Shown: one piece after another, positions 55,365 through 64,000 of the stretch
How positions within the stretch are numbered: the first letter of the stretch is position 1
How the letters are laid out: each line of letters opens with the position of its first letter
Origin: a virus
DNA: 64,000 nucleotides
Virus record (IMG/VR): IMGVR_UViG_3300034021_001440
Location: 1-64,000 of that record
Direction: 5' to 3' (one strand)
Program-made: the position numbers and the translations under genes
Notes under the pieces: model-generated
Told to the model about the DNA's origin: nothing
Database searches by the model: none
Seen by the model: only the letters and a program-made list of their open reading frames with translations

Positions 55365-58300
55365 ATGGCAGCGACCAAGATTATTCTCAAGCGATCCTCC
55401 CTTCCCGGAAAGCGCCCCAATACCAATAACCTGGAAGCGGGGGAAATCGCCCTCAACACAAACGCGAACGAACCCGGTCTGTTTTTTGAAGTCACAGACG
55501 GGCAAATCGTCAAAGCTGGTCCGACTGCCTATCTGCCTGACGCCCCGACAGTTTCTCCAGCGCGAGGAGAACTGTGGGTTGACACCGACACAAAGTCCCT
55601 GAGTATTGGCACTCCCACAAACGAGTGGCAAAAAGTTGCTGCCCCGTTTCTGGGTGGCACTGCTGCCCTGACTGTTTTTGTTGCGCCCGATTTTCCGGAA
55701 GCCACTGATTCCTTGGCCAATGACGGTCAGTCCGTGCCGTTCGTGACAATCAACCGTGCCATTCTTGAGGTCACCAAGAAGATCATTCTCGACGCCAACA
55801 ATGGCTTGAGCAGCGGCAACAACCGCTATCTGATTGTTCTGGCTCCCAGTTCGCACTGTGTGGTCAATGGCCCTGGCGCAACTCTGGGTGAGTTCACAGC
55901 CAACTTTGATAGCCCTTATACAGAAGTCACTCAACAGGCCCTTCAACAGTTCAACGTTCCCACAGTTGGTGGTCTAATTCTGCCTCGTGGTGTGTCCATC
56001 ATCGGCATGGACCTCAAGAAAAGCGAGGTTCATCCAGTGTATGTGCCAAAATACACCCACCCTGCTTTCCCGATCAACTATAAGCAAACTTCGACTGGGC
56101 CGGTCTACCAGAACCAGCCCCTGTCCAGCATCTTCCGATGGTCGGGCAACACCTATGTCAGCAACTTCAACTGCTTTGACAAACTCACTGAGCGAGTGGT
56201 GAACTCCGTTCGTGTTGACGAGACGACGGGCGTGGCCATCTTCAGCAGCCCCCGCCCTCACGGTCTGAACTTCAACGATTTCGTTCAAGTCACATATTCC
56301 AACATCGCCGACCAGGCCGGAGCAACTTTTGCCAACGGCGCATACTATGCCAATCCAGTCAACTCGTTTGAGTTTCAGCTTTCTCTCAATAACTGGGAGA
56401 CTCTGGGCACCACCGGGGTATTGGCATCAACCCTGCCAACCTCGTTCACTCTGCCCGTCAGCAACGGCAAGGTGAAACTTCAGGTTGATAACATTTATCC
56501 ATACTACATTCCCTCGGACGGTGTTTCCTACGAGTTGTCGAACTACTCTCACCACCGTCTGAGTGTTTTCAAGAACTGCTCTCTCCAAGATCTCAACGAT
56601 TTCTACATCAAAGTTCAACTTGCTTTCCCAACTCTGTTCGGTGGCTCGGTTGACAAGAATGTGGCAACTGCTCCCGAGTATCAGATTGTTGCCGAGGCGC
56701 AAACTCTGTATCCCCAGAACATCCTGTCAAACAGCGCCTCAAACTCTTCCCCCTACGAGAACCAAGTCAATCACCGTTCCAACTATGGGATGGCAAACGT
56801 TGACGCAGACGGGGAAATTGTCAGCGGCTTCAAGTCAATCATCGTCAATTCTTCCACGGCGGTCATACTTCAGAAAGACCCTTGTGCTTATGAAGTCTAT
56901 GCCGACTCGGATCAGATCTGGCGCACTCTGACGACGACTGCGCAGTCCCGGATGCCTCTGGATACTCCGATCTGGTCAGTTCCCACAGATTTTCAGCTGG
57001 AGATTTTGAACGAAGCGTCCATTCCCAACATTCGTTATTATTACACAACCCTGCTGGTGACCTCGGGCCAAAGCACCGGCCTGACTGACATCGATAACGA
57101 TTTCCGTCACTTTGGTTTCCGAATTCGCGGTGCTGGCGCCTACATGCAGGCACAGTCCACCTACACAATCGGTGCTGCCATTGGTTGCTGGGCAATGGGT
57201 GGTGCCTTGATGAACCTCACCAGCGCAACTTCAAACTTCGGTTCCATTGCGTTTCAGGCCGAAGGTTTTGCCGGCATCGGCACCCTGGGTGGAGCAACTC
57301 AGGTGGGTCAAGGCTTCCTGCAATCTGGCATTGTTCGCCCTCTCGCTCTGACTGAGCCCCAGGTTGTTTCAGACTTCCAGAAGAAAATTCTTCCTCTCGG
57401 AAGCCGAGTGGTTCACATTGGCGACGATCCGACGAATGCCGAAGTGACCCTGATTTATCTACGTCAAGCATTTGATCCCGCAAGCATTCTGCCGTTCTCT
57501 CTCAAGCCGGGGAGTGCTGTGTTCCTGGGTGACGCCACATGCACATACGTTGCCTATTTTGTGGACAACGGAGAGCCCACCTGTATTCTATCTGAGTCCA
57601 ACCCTGCTGTCAACCCATACGCCCCTGGCGGTGCCATTCTGCGCGTCAGAAAGTCTGACTCCAACCTGCCCTCGGGAGGGGTGTCAGAAACTAGCTTCCC
57701 ATACATTCGCCGTTTCATTGACCCTCGCGCAGACACGGAAAAGTGCTACGGATTCTACGTGGAGTCCACCAACCCTGGCTCTCAAGCTCCGCAAACGGGA
57801 GCAGTGCTGCGCCTCAACCAGGTGGGCAAAGATCTGTCGACGACCATTAAGCGCAACTACCAGTTTGACCCTGGGCAGTTTGGTGGAATTGCACAGACTT
57901 TCACCGTTGACCAAGTTGAGACCGTTCAGTATAACTTCTCCCTCAACTATAACAACAAGGTTTCCGACTCGGCACAGTCCACAGCTTATGCGGTGTATGC
58001 GTCGTTGAGTGACAACTCGGGACCTTGGATTCAGTCGTATCCTGTGAATGGGGTTCAGGTTCCTTTCAACACTCAGGAAGGAAACTACATCACCAACAAC
58101 TACCGCAACTATTACGCAGCAGAGAATAACCTCTGGTCTGCTTTGTACTACTCGACAACTTTCAACCCCGAGAACGGGCCGACGAAAGTGTCTCCCAACA
58201 AGGCAGACTCACCGTTTGTGCCTGCGGCCATTCTGGATCGCCAGGAAAACATTCGGGATGCCTGGCAGGGATACGTTCCTGATCCGTACTACTCCTACTA

Positions 58301-60296
58301 CATCAGCGGTGTTCCTGCTGAGTACAACGCAGATATGACCTATCTACGTGGCACGGTTATTCCCCTCAAGGAGTTTTTCTCAGAGTACGTTGTTGACCAG
58401 GATAACGGCTCCGAAAGTCTTGGCATCATCTTCCACCGAGTTCCTGTGGAAGGCGCCGATACTGTCACGACCTCGGCTTCAGTTGCGGTTCAAACCGCAC
58501 AAGTCATGACGACTCCGTTTGTGACGAATCCAACGTTTGGCCGTCCCGAGATCATTCGTTTCAATGCGTTGAAAGTCTCGCAGCTTGAGAACCCGAAGAA
58601 CGGTATCTCCGTAATTCAAGTCACGAACGGACTCATCGGAGGACCGATTGAGTACATGCGAGTGATCGGACTTTCCTCGAACGTTATCACGGCAGTTCGC
58701 AACTACTACCCCGAATACGCCCAGGGTACTCTCCCTACGACGTGGCCTTCCGGTACAAAAATTACTCCTTGCGTGAGCACCGGGTATCCCGAACCCTCAG
58801 TCTATGACCCGGACTGGGCAACCACCAAGAACACAGTTCTTCGCTACTACGAAGTGATGGGCTTCGCTCGTTCCCTGGTGGCTCCTTTCCTGATTCCCCA
58901 GTATGCTGGGGAGCGAGTCCTGTACAATGCTACACTGCCTCTGGCTCCAATAAACGGGTACGCAAACACAGCAGCTCCGTGGCCTGTGGAGTTCAACAAC
59001 CCTTCAACCATTCTGGCAAACAATCACACCTGGACTTTTGTAGGATATTTCGACTATTCGCGTGGTTTGCCCAAGTATCAAACAAACGAACTCTCCCGGA
59101 AACTGGCAGCTGATTATCAGACTTATGGAACGTGGGGTGGCAAAATCACTTGCTTTGGTGCCGGGGAAAGCGGCGCTCTGGTTGTCTCTGGCGACTTCCG
59201 CGAGTCTGCCACACTGAACTATTTCCAGAACAACACTCCGCTTCAGAACTTCAACGATCGCGTTGTCTACGCTTCGCCGACTCCGATCGACTATCCCGCC
59301 CCGGTGCTGGTCTACTCCGTCGACGATCTCACCCCACAGTTCACTGGTGTCTACAATCCTTCAACAGGTCAAGTCACCGGTCAAACTTCGTTCGAACTCA
59401 AGCGCGGCGGATACCGAATCCCCGCATCCCAACTCTCCAACTTTGGTGTTTTGGTGTTCCTGGGCGGTGTTGCTCAGCTCCCCGTGACTGCCTACACAAT
59501 CAACGGTAGTGAAATCATCTTCACTGAGCCTCCCCTGGTTGGCACAGCTTGCGACATTCGTGTCATCACGACGGACGACCAAAACAAAACTCTGGAAGTC
59601 GTTCCCTTCGCCATCGGCGCACCTTTCAACGGTTCAAACGTCGATTTCCCCTTGACTCCGGACTTGGAGGGATTGACAAACGGCAACTCCCTGGTGTTCC
59701 TTGGTGGCGTTCTTCAGGACCCTCTCGGCCCTCCCACACAGACCGACTTTGCCTACACTGTTGTCAATGGCACTGGTGGTGGTTTGTCAATCTCGTTCAT
59801 TGGTGCTGCCCCGCAAAAAGGCACAACCATTGACGTTCGCGGTGTTCTTTCCGGCAACATCTATCGTACAGCCGGTGTGCCGATCGTGTTTATGTCGTCC
59901 ACGGACGAAATCTCCGACAAGTTTGACGGAGCTCGGACTGCGTTCCCGCTGGCGATTGATGGCGTTTCTCTAGATGCCTTCAAAGTCAATTCCGAGAACA
60001 TGCTCGTGAACCTGGGCGGTGTGATGCAGATTCCCATCGCCAACGCTGCAAGTTCTCAGCTGGGTCTGGCATACAGCGTCGGTGTGAATCCGTCCTCCCA
60101 AGTTCTGGAAATCACTTTCGCCGTTCCCCCAACTTTCGGCACGACTTGCAACATTCGCGTTCTGTCTCAGGATGAGTTCATCACTTGCCCGTTGCCTGAG
60201 CTGTTGATCAACCAGAACCTGAAAGCAGGTCCTGGCGTTGAAACTTCGATCGACGGAGAGCTGATTGGTCTGGATGAAGGTCTCATTGGCGGGTAA
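55365..60296 (+). CDS. large tail fibre / spike with beta-helix-like domain and cyanophage-type C-terminal repeats
   Basis: IILKRSSLPGKRP..L..GEIALN; FVAP...ATDS....PFVTINRA; repeated F.G....F.L ... LVFLGGV.Q.P. Confidence 0.8.
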   Translation: MAATKIILKRSSLPGKRPNTNNLEAGEIALNTNANEPGLFFEVTDGQIVKAGPTAYLPDAPTVSPARGELWVDTDTKSLSIGTPTNEWQKVAAPFLGGTAALTVFVAPDFPEATDSLANDGQSVPFVTINRAILEVTKKIILDANNGLSSGNNRYLIVLAPSSHCVVNGPGATLGEFTANFDSPYTEVTQQALQQFNVPTVGGLILPRGVSIIGMDLKKSEVHPVYVPKYTHPAFPINYKQTSTGPVYQNQPLSSIFRWSGNTYVSNFNCFDKLTERVVNSVRVDETTGVAIFSSPRPHGLNFNDFVQVTYSNIADQAGATFANGAYYANPVNSFEFQLSLNNWETLGTTGVLASTLPTSFTLPVSNGKVKLQVDNIYPYYIPSDGVSYELSNYSHHRLSVFKNCSLQDLNDFYIKVQLAFPTLFGGSVDKNVATAPEYQIVAEAQTLYPQNILSNSASNSSPYENQVNHRSNYGMANVDADGEIVSGFKSIIVNSSTAVILQKDPCAYEVYADSDQIWRTLTTTAQSRMPLDTPIWSVPTDFQLEILNEASIPNIRYYYTTLLVTSGQSTGLTDIDNDFRHFGFRIRGAGAYMQAQSTYTIGAAIGCWAMGGALMNLTSATSNFGSIAFQAEGFAGIGTLGGATQVGQGFLQSGIVRPLALTEPQVVSDFQKKILPLGSRVVHIGDDPTNAEVTLIYLRQAFDPASILPFSLKPGSAVFLGDATCTYVAYFVDNGEPTCILSESNPAVNPYAPGGAILRVRKSDSNLPSGGVSETSFPYIRRFIDPRADTEKCYGFYVESTNPGSQAPQTGAVLRLNQVGKDLSTTIKRNYQFDPGQFGGIAQTFTVDQVETVQYNFSLNYNNKVSDSAQSTAYAVYASLSDNSGPWIQSYPVNGVQVPFNTQEGNYITNNYRNYYAAENNLWSALYYSTTFNPENGPTKVSPNKADSPFVPAAILDRQENIRDAWQGYVPDPYYSYYISGVPAEYNADMTYLRGTVIPLKEFFSEYVVDQDNGSESLGIIFHRVPVEGADTVTTSASVAVQTAQVMTTPFVTNPTFGRPEIIRFNALKVSQLENPKNGISVIQVTNGLIGGPIEYMRVIGLSSNVITAVRNYYPEYAQGTLPTTWPSGTKITPCVSTGYPEPSVYDPDWATTKNTVLRYYEVMGFARSLVAPFLIPQYAGERVLYNATLPLAPINGYANTAAPWPVEFNNPSTILANNHTWTFVGYFDYSRGLPKYQTNELSRKLAADYQTYGTWGGKITCFGAGESGALVVSGDFRESATLNYFQNNTPLQNFNDRVVYASPTPIDYPAPVLVYSVDDLTPQFTGVYNPSTGQVTGQTSFELKRGGYRIPASQLSNFGVLVFLGGVAQLPVTAYTINGSEIIFTEPPLVGTACDIRVITTDDQNKTLEVVPFAIGAPFNGSNVDFPLTPDLEGLTNGNSLVFLGGVLQDPLGPPTQTDFAYTVVNGTGGGLSISFIGAAPQKGTTIDVRGVLSGNIYRTAGVPIVFMSSTDEISDKFDGARTAFPLAIDGVSLDAFKVNSENMLVNLGGVMQIPIANAASSQLGLAYSVGVNPSSQVLEITFAVPPTFGTTCNIRVLSQDEFITCPLPELLINQNLKAGPGVETSIDGELIGLDEGLIGG

Positions 60297-60298
60297 AA
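60291..60298 (+). promoter_or_regulatory. putative late promoter GGGTAAAA overlapping a stop codon
   Basis: upstream of ATG 60345. Confidence 0.7.
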
Positions 60299-60344
60299 AA
60301 GTATAGGTCCGAAAAACGGATATCACTCTGACATCTAGTCACCA

Positions 60345-60833
60345 ATGGCTACCACAAAGGTTACACCGATTCAACTACTGCGGTCGATTGTCCTCAACAA
60401 ACGTCCTGATCCAACAAAACTTCTGCCAGGGCAGCCCGCTGTAAATACAAATATCGCACAGCCTGGACTCTTTTTCGCCGATAACAGCGGGGCCACCCTC
60501 TTCAAAGTTGGTCCCTGCGCTGTCGGAGGCACTGCTCCCAACGCCGGAGCAACCGGTCCTGGCTCAGGAAACACTCTGGGCGAGCTTTGGTTGGACACTG
60601 GTTCAACTCCTGCTCACCCTGGTCCAACCCTCAAGGTTTGGGATGGTCTACAGTGGATCAATTGTCTTCCTTACACTTACGCAAACGCCATCGTCGCTGA
60701 CACTGCTCCGACCATCAGCGATCACATTCCCGGAACTCTGTGGTGGAACTCCACAACGGGTCTGATGTACATTCTGTACAATGATGGTAACTCCATTCAG
60801 TGGACACAAGTTTCTTCTAGCACCGTTTCTTAA
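60345..60833 (+). CDS. short fibre-associated protein, paralogous to the N-terminus of 55365
   Basis: QLLRS...KRP...L.PGQ.A.NTN..QPGLFF; GELWLDT. Confidence 0.75.
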   Translation: MATTKVTPIQLLRSIVLNKRPDPTKLLPGQPAVNTNIAQPGLFFADNSGATLFKVGPCAVGGTAPNAGATGPGSGNTLGELWLDTGSTPAHPGPTLKVWDGLQWINCLPYTYANAIVADTAPTISDHIPGTLWWNSTTGLMYILYNDGNSIQWTQVSSSTVS

Positions 60834-60842
60834 TGCAGTAAG

Positions 60843-63149
60843 ATGGCCAATCCAGACAATTTTAATCCTCTTGTTCCTATTCCCAACGGCCCGATTCCTG
60901 ACATCCCGGAAGTTTGGACCTTCAAACCCTCCGGTGGAAACGCTGGTGGGCCCCCTGCGTTCATTATGGGGAATGGATTTACCGTTACCGGAAATCCGTT
61001 TCTTGTCACCATTTCTCAACTTCCCCCGCCGATTGTCGGCACTGTAACCAGGGTTACTGCTGGCACTGGACTGGTTTCCCTGCCTGTCACAGGTGTCCGA
61101 GTCTCGGGCAGCTTTGCCCTGGCTCCCGCCCCCTCAACACTGACTCCGGGTGCATACAAGTATGCCAACCTAACGGTGGATGAGTTTGGCCACGTTGATG
61201 CCGCTTCCACCGGAAACCAGCCGCTCCTTGGCGGTCTGGGTCTCTTCCCCATTTCGGTCACTGGTGCTCCTCCGACCCTGAACGTTTCTATCGGCGCTGG
61301 CTCAACCCTTCAACTGGGTGCAGTCCAACTGGTTGACGATTTGGTTTCCCCCGACAGCACCAAGGCTCTGACGGCAAATCAAGGATATATTCTCAATAAC
61401 GACCTCAATAGCATTCCAATCGATCCGGTCAACGGTCAGTACTATGCTGGCTCGTTCAACCCGACGAACGGACTGCTTCAAAGCGTTTCCTCCCTCGGCT
61501 CAGCAAACGGCTTTGTGCTCGGTCAGTTTTTGCCCGCGCCTGGTAGCCTCAGTGTTGAAGGTTTCGTAATCGCAACTGGCACTGCTTCGTACAACCCTCC
61601 CGGTGGTGGTGGTCCCTACAATGTTCAACCCGGCGACGAGTTCTACTGCGGAAACACTTCCTGGCTTTACATTCCCAAGGCATTCCGTTATAATTACGCA
61701 ACGGACACGACCGCAGGCATCGTAAAACTGGCAAAGCAAAGTGACGTTCGTCCTTTCACGAACAACACCCTCGTTTGCACACCGTATTCCCTGGCCAACC
61801 TGATTGCCACCAACACAGAAGTTGGCTGGATTCTGTTGTCCACCGATGCTGAGTGCCGCGCTCTGCTCACTCCGTCCAAGGCTGTCACTCCGGCAAACCT
61901 TTCGGCCACGCCCGCAACGTTGTTCGATCGCGGTATCGTTCAGCTCAATAACAGCACGACTTCAACCTCAACTACTGAAGCGGCTACAGTCCAAGCCATC
62001 AACTCGGTCTACAATGCTGCGATTCTGAAGTCTCAGATTGTTGCTGTTGGTGACCTCATCTCAGCTTCTGCTGCCGCAACTCCTGTAACTGTGAGCCGTG
62101 GCACCAACCGATATGCGCTCACTGCCGATGATCAAGCCGTCGGCGGAATGTCCTGGGAAGCCATCAGCCCTCCCCAAACCTGCCCGGTTGGCACCATTTT
62201 CTGGTTCCCGAGCACCAACCTCTCAAAACTGCCAACCGACTGGGCATACTGTGACGGTGCGTCGGCGAACTCCGCTGCTGAAACTTCTCCCGGTGTGGCA
62301 AACCCCTACCGCGATCTGTTCAATGTGATTGGATACACATATGGCGGTAGCGGTGCAACCTTCAACCTCCCCGACCTGCGCGGCAAATTTGTTCGCGGTT
62401 GGAGTGGTGCTGGTGGCACTGCAGGTGCTATTGACGCCCCTCGCACTTTTGGAAGCACTCAACTTTCAAGTGTAATCTCACACACACACCAGTTTACTGG
62501 TCTTGGTCACAGTCACAATCCCATCTCAATCGTTGACCCTGGACACAACCACAGTGCAAGAACTGCGACCGTGATTGGACCCAATCGAGGATATTATGGC
62601 AACAAGGACACTGGACCGGACCTGATGAGTGATGGAGTTGACGTGACCGGCGTTACAATGGTTCTTGCCGATTTTGATCCTGCCGTCCTGTCAACTCCTC
62701 CAACCGTCTATAAGCAAACTCTCACAAACACGGCACCGGTCCCAACCGACGAGACTCGTCCCGTAAACTTCTCTCTGGTCCCCATCATTCGTTATACCTA
62801 CGGTTCAACTCCTCCGATTCCGAATCCAAACCCCTACTTCTACTACGTGTCGGTTTCTCCGACTTCGATGGGAGCAAGTGCCACTGCAACAGTGACGGTT
62901 CTCACAGCCAACGTTGCCCGTGGAACCACGCTCTACTGGGAACTCGGTGGCCCTGGCGTCGATGCCAGCTTGTTCAACCCTGCGACTCTGACTGGCAGTG
63001 TGACAATTGGATACAACAACGTTGCAAGTTTCGCTGTGACGGCTGCCGCGTCGCTTCCCACTCCGCCCTACAGCGTGGAAATCAAGATTTACAGCGACTC
63101 CGCTCGCCTGAATCAAGTGGGCAACACCGCCTACCTCACTCTTACCTGA
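60843..63149 (+). CDS. tail fibre with tail-collar domain, HxH motifs and Ig-like C-terminus
   Basis: PVGTIFWF...W.YCDG...LF.VIG.TYGG....FNLPDLRG.FVRG; SHTH, HSH, HNH; ETRPVN. Confidence 0.85.
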   Translation: MANPDNFNPLVPIPNGPIPDIPEVWTFKPSGGNAGGPPAFIMGNGFTVTGNPFLVTISQLPPPIVGTVTRVTAGTGLVSLPVTGVRVSGSFALAPAPSTLTPGAYKYANLTVDEFGHVDAASTGNQPLLGGLGLFPISVTGAPPTLNVSIGAGSTLQLGAVQLVDDLVSPDSTKALTANQGYILNNDLNSIPIDPVNGQYYAGSFNPTNGLLQSVSSLGSANGFVLGQFLPAPGSLSVEGFVIATGTASYNPPGGGGPYNVQPGDEFYCGNTSWLYIPKAFRYNYATDTTAGIVKLAKQSDVRPFTNNTLVCTPYSLANLIATNTEVGWILLSTDAECRALLTPSKAVTPANLSATPATLFDRGIVQLNNSTTSTSTTEAATVQAINSVYNAAILKSQIVAVGDLISASAAATPVTVSRGTNRYALTADDQAVGGMSWEAISPPQTCPVGTIFWFPSTNLSKLPTDWAYCDGASANSAAETSPGVANPYRDLFNVIGYTYGGSGATFNLPDLRGKFVRGWSGAGGTAGAIDAPRTFGSTQLSSVISHTHQFTGLGHSHNPISIVDPGHNHSARTATVIGPNRGYYGNKDTGPDLMSDGVDVTGVTMVLADFDPAVLSTPPTVYKQTLTNTAPVPTDETRPVNFSLVPIIRYTYGSTPPIPNPNPYFYYVSVSPTSMGASATATVTVLTANVARGTTLYWELGGPGVDASLFNPATLTGSVTIGYNNVASFAVTAAASLPTPPYSVEIKIYSDSARLNQVGNTAYLTLT

Positions 63150-63153
63150 TGCC

Positions 63154-63161
63154 GGGTAAAA
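63154..63161 (+). promoter_or_regulatory. putative late promoter GGGTAAAA
   Basis: 42 nt before ATG 63196. Confidence 0.7.
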
Positions 63162-63195
63162 CTCACCAACGACGAACAATCCTTAGCGTGTAGAA

Positions 63196-64000
63196 ATGGC
63201 TCCTATCAATCCTTCTCCCAACATCATTCCCAACCAGCCCATCCCAAACAACCCGTTCTACTCACCCGTTATTTGGCAGTTTTACACTCCGAACGGCACT
63301 CTGACTCTGGGCAGCGGTTTCCTGGTGGATCCCGCCACAATGATCGTCCAGAACGCCCCTGGACCCAACCCTCCTGGCACGGTGACCTCGATCACCGCCA
63401 CTCCTGGTGGCGGCCTGGCCACGGTGCCCTCTGGTGGCATCACCTCCACTGGCTCCATCGGTCTGGCCCCCGTGGGCGGCTCCCTGGTGGCAGGTTCCTA
63501 CACCTACTCCTCGGTGACGGTAGACGCCTTTGGCCGAATCACCAACATTGCAGACGGCATCATTCCGGTGCAAAACGTCACCGGTTCTGCCCCGATTGTG
63601 GTGACTGGTGCTGCTCCTTCGGTCACCGTGAGCATTACGGCTGCCACCACGACCGCCCCTGGTGCGGTTCAACTGTGTGACAACCTGGTCACCCCTGCCA
63701 GCGATCTGGCTCTGACGGCGAATCAAGGATATATTCTCAATCTTCAAGTTGCTGGTCTGGCTGCCACTGCCGCCAACCAATTCCTGGCTGGCACCCTGAA
63801 CACCAGCACCACGCTGATGGCTTCGGTGACTGCCGCTGGAACCACTGCCGGTTTCTCCGTTGGCGCTGCTCTGCCCGCTCCCGCTGCTGGCAACGCTGGC
63901 GCTGTGGTCTATGTGACCCAAACTGCCTCCTACACCCCTCCCGGTGGCGGTGGCCCCTATAGCACCGTGCCTGGCGACGAGTTCATCAGCGACGGCACCA
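63196..64000 (+). CDS. tail fibre paralog, truncated by the window end
   Basis: MAPINPSPNIIPNQPIP..., VTVDAFGRIT, GAVQL, ALTANQGY, PPGGGGPY shared with 60843 and 37168. Confidence 0.8.
   Translation, partial: MAPINPSPNIIPNQPIPNNPFYSPVIWQFYTPNGTLTLGSGFLVDPATMIVQNAPGPNPPGTVTSITATPGGGLATVPSGGITSTGSIGLAPVGGSLVAGSYTYSSVTVDAFGRITNIADGIIPVQNVTGSAPIVVTGAAPSVTVSITAATTTAPGAVQLCDNLVTPASDLALTANQGYILNLQVAGLAATAANQFLAGTLNTSTTLMASVTAAGTTAGFSVGAALPAPAAGNAGAVVYVTQTASYTPPGGGGPYSTVPGDEFISDGT

Noticed and set aside
37168-64000. Diversity-generating retroelement or invertible fibre cassette
   Set aside because: No reverse transcriptase or invertase in the window; repeats differ at synonymous sites and not in an adenine-specific way.
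1-64000. tRNA/rRNA genes or an alternative genetic code
   Set aside because: No cloverleaf or rRNA-like segment noticed in the short intergenic gaps; TAA, TAG and TGA all terminate full-length genes.

Overview
A 64-kb, essentially single-strand (+) segment of a large contractile-tailed phage. It is most likely a non-T4 cyanophage of picocyanobacteria, inferred from a Pol gamma-like polymerase, PhoH, cyanophage-type fibre repeats and cyanobacterial LexA-like boxes. In order, it contains: (1) an array of tiny early genes, each cassette with a palindrome and a sigma70-like promoter (1-1.6 kb); (2) a bacterial-type topoisomerase II A subunit, an RTX/Calx-beta protein and a mitochondrial Pol gamma-like DNA polymerase (1.7-10.7 kb); (3) a rearranged Mu-like morphogenesis region (11-47 kb) with a frameshifted tail chaperone, giant sheath, DUF935-like portal, 932-aa protease-scaffold, gpF-like protein, major capsid, tube, baseplate, fibres, and a terminase flanked by two homing endonucleases; (4) phoH and a cluster of probable head-internal proteins (47-55 kb); (5) more fibres. 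The best candidate for a new system is two late genes that share a near-identical Cys4 N-terminal module fused to unrelated enzymes (HNH nuclease, protein kinase), each followed by a small ORF. They sit among proteins with a shared leader and [FYH]-[AGS]-E motifs that are also enriched in the protease-scaffold, suggesting a modular capsid-loaded effector system. Also found: three promoter classes, including about 20 copies of a GGGTAAAA late motif; widespread leaderless starts; a -1 frameshift; and a paired RNA motif upstream of two capsid genes. All family calls come from motif recognition by eye; no searches were run.
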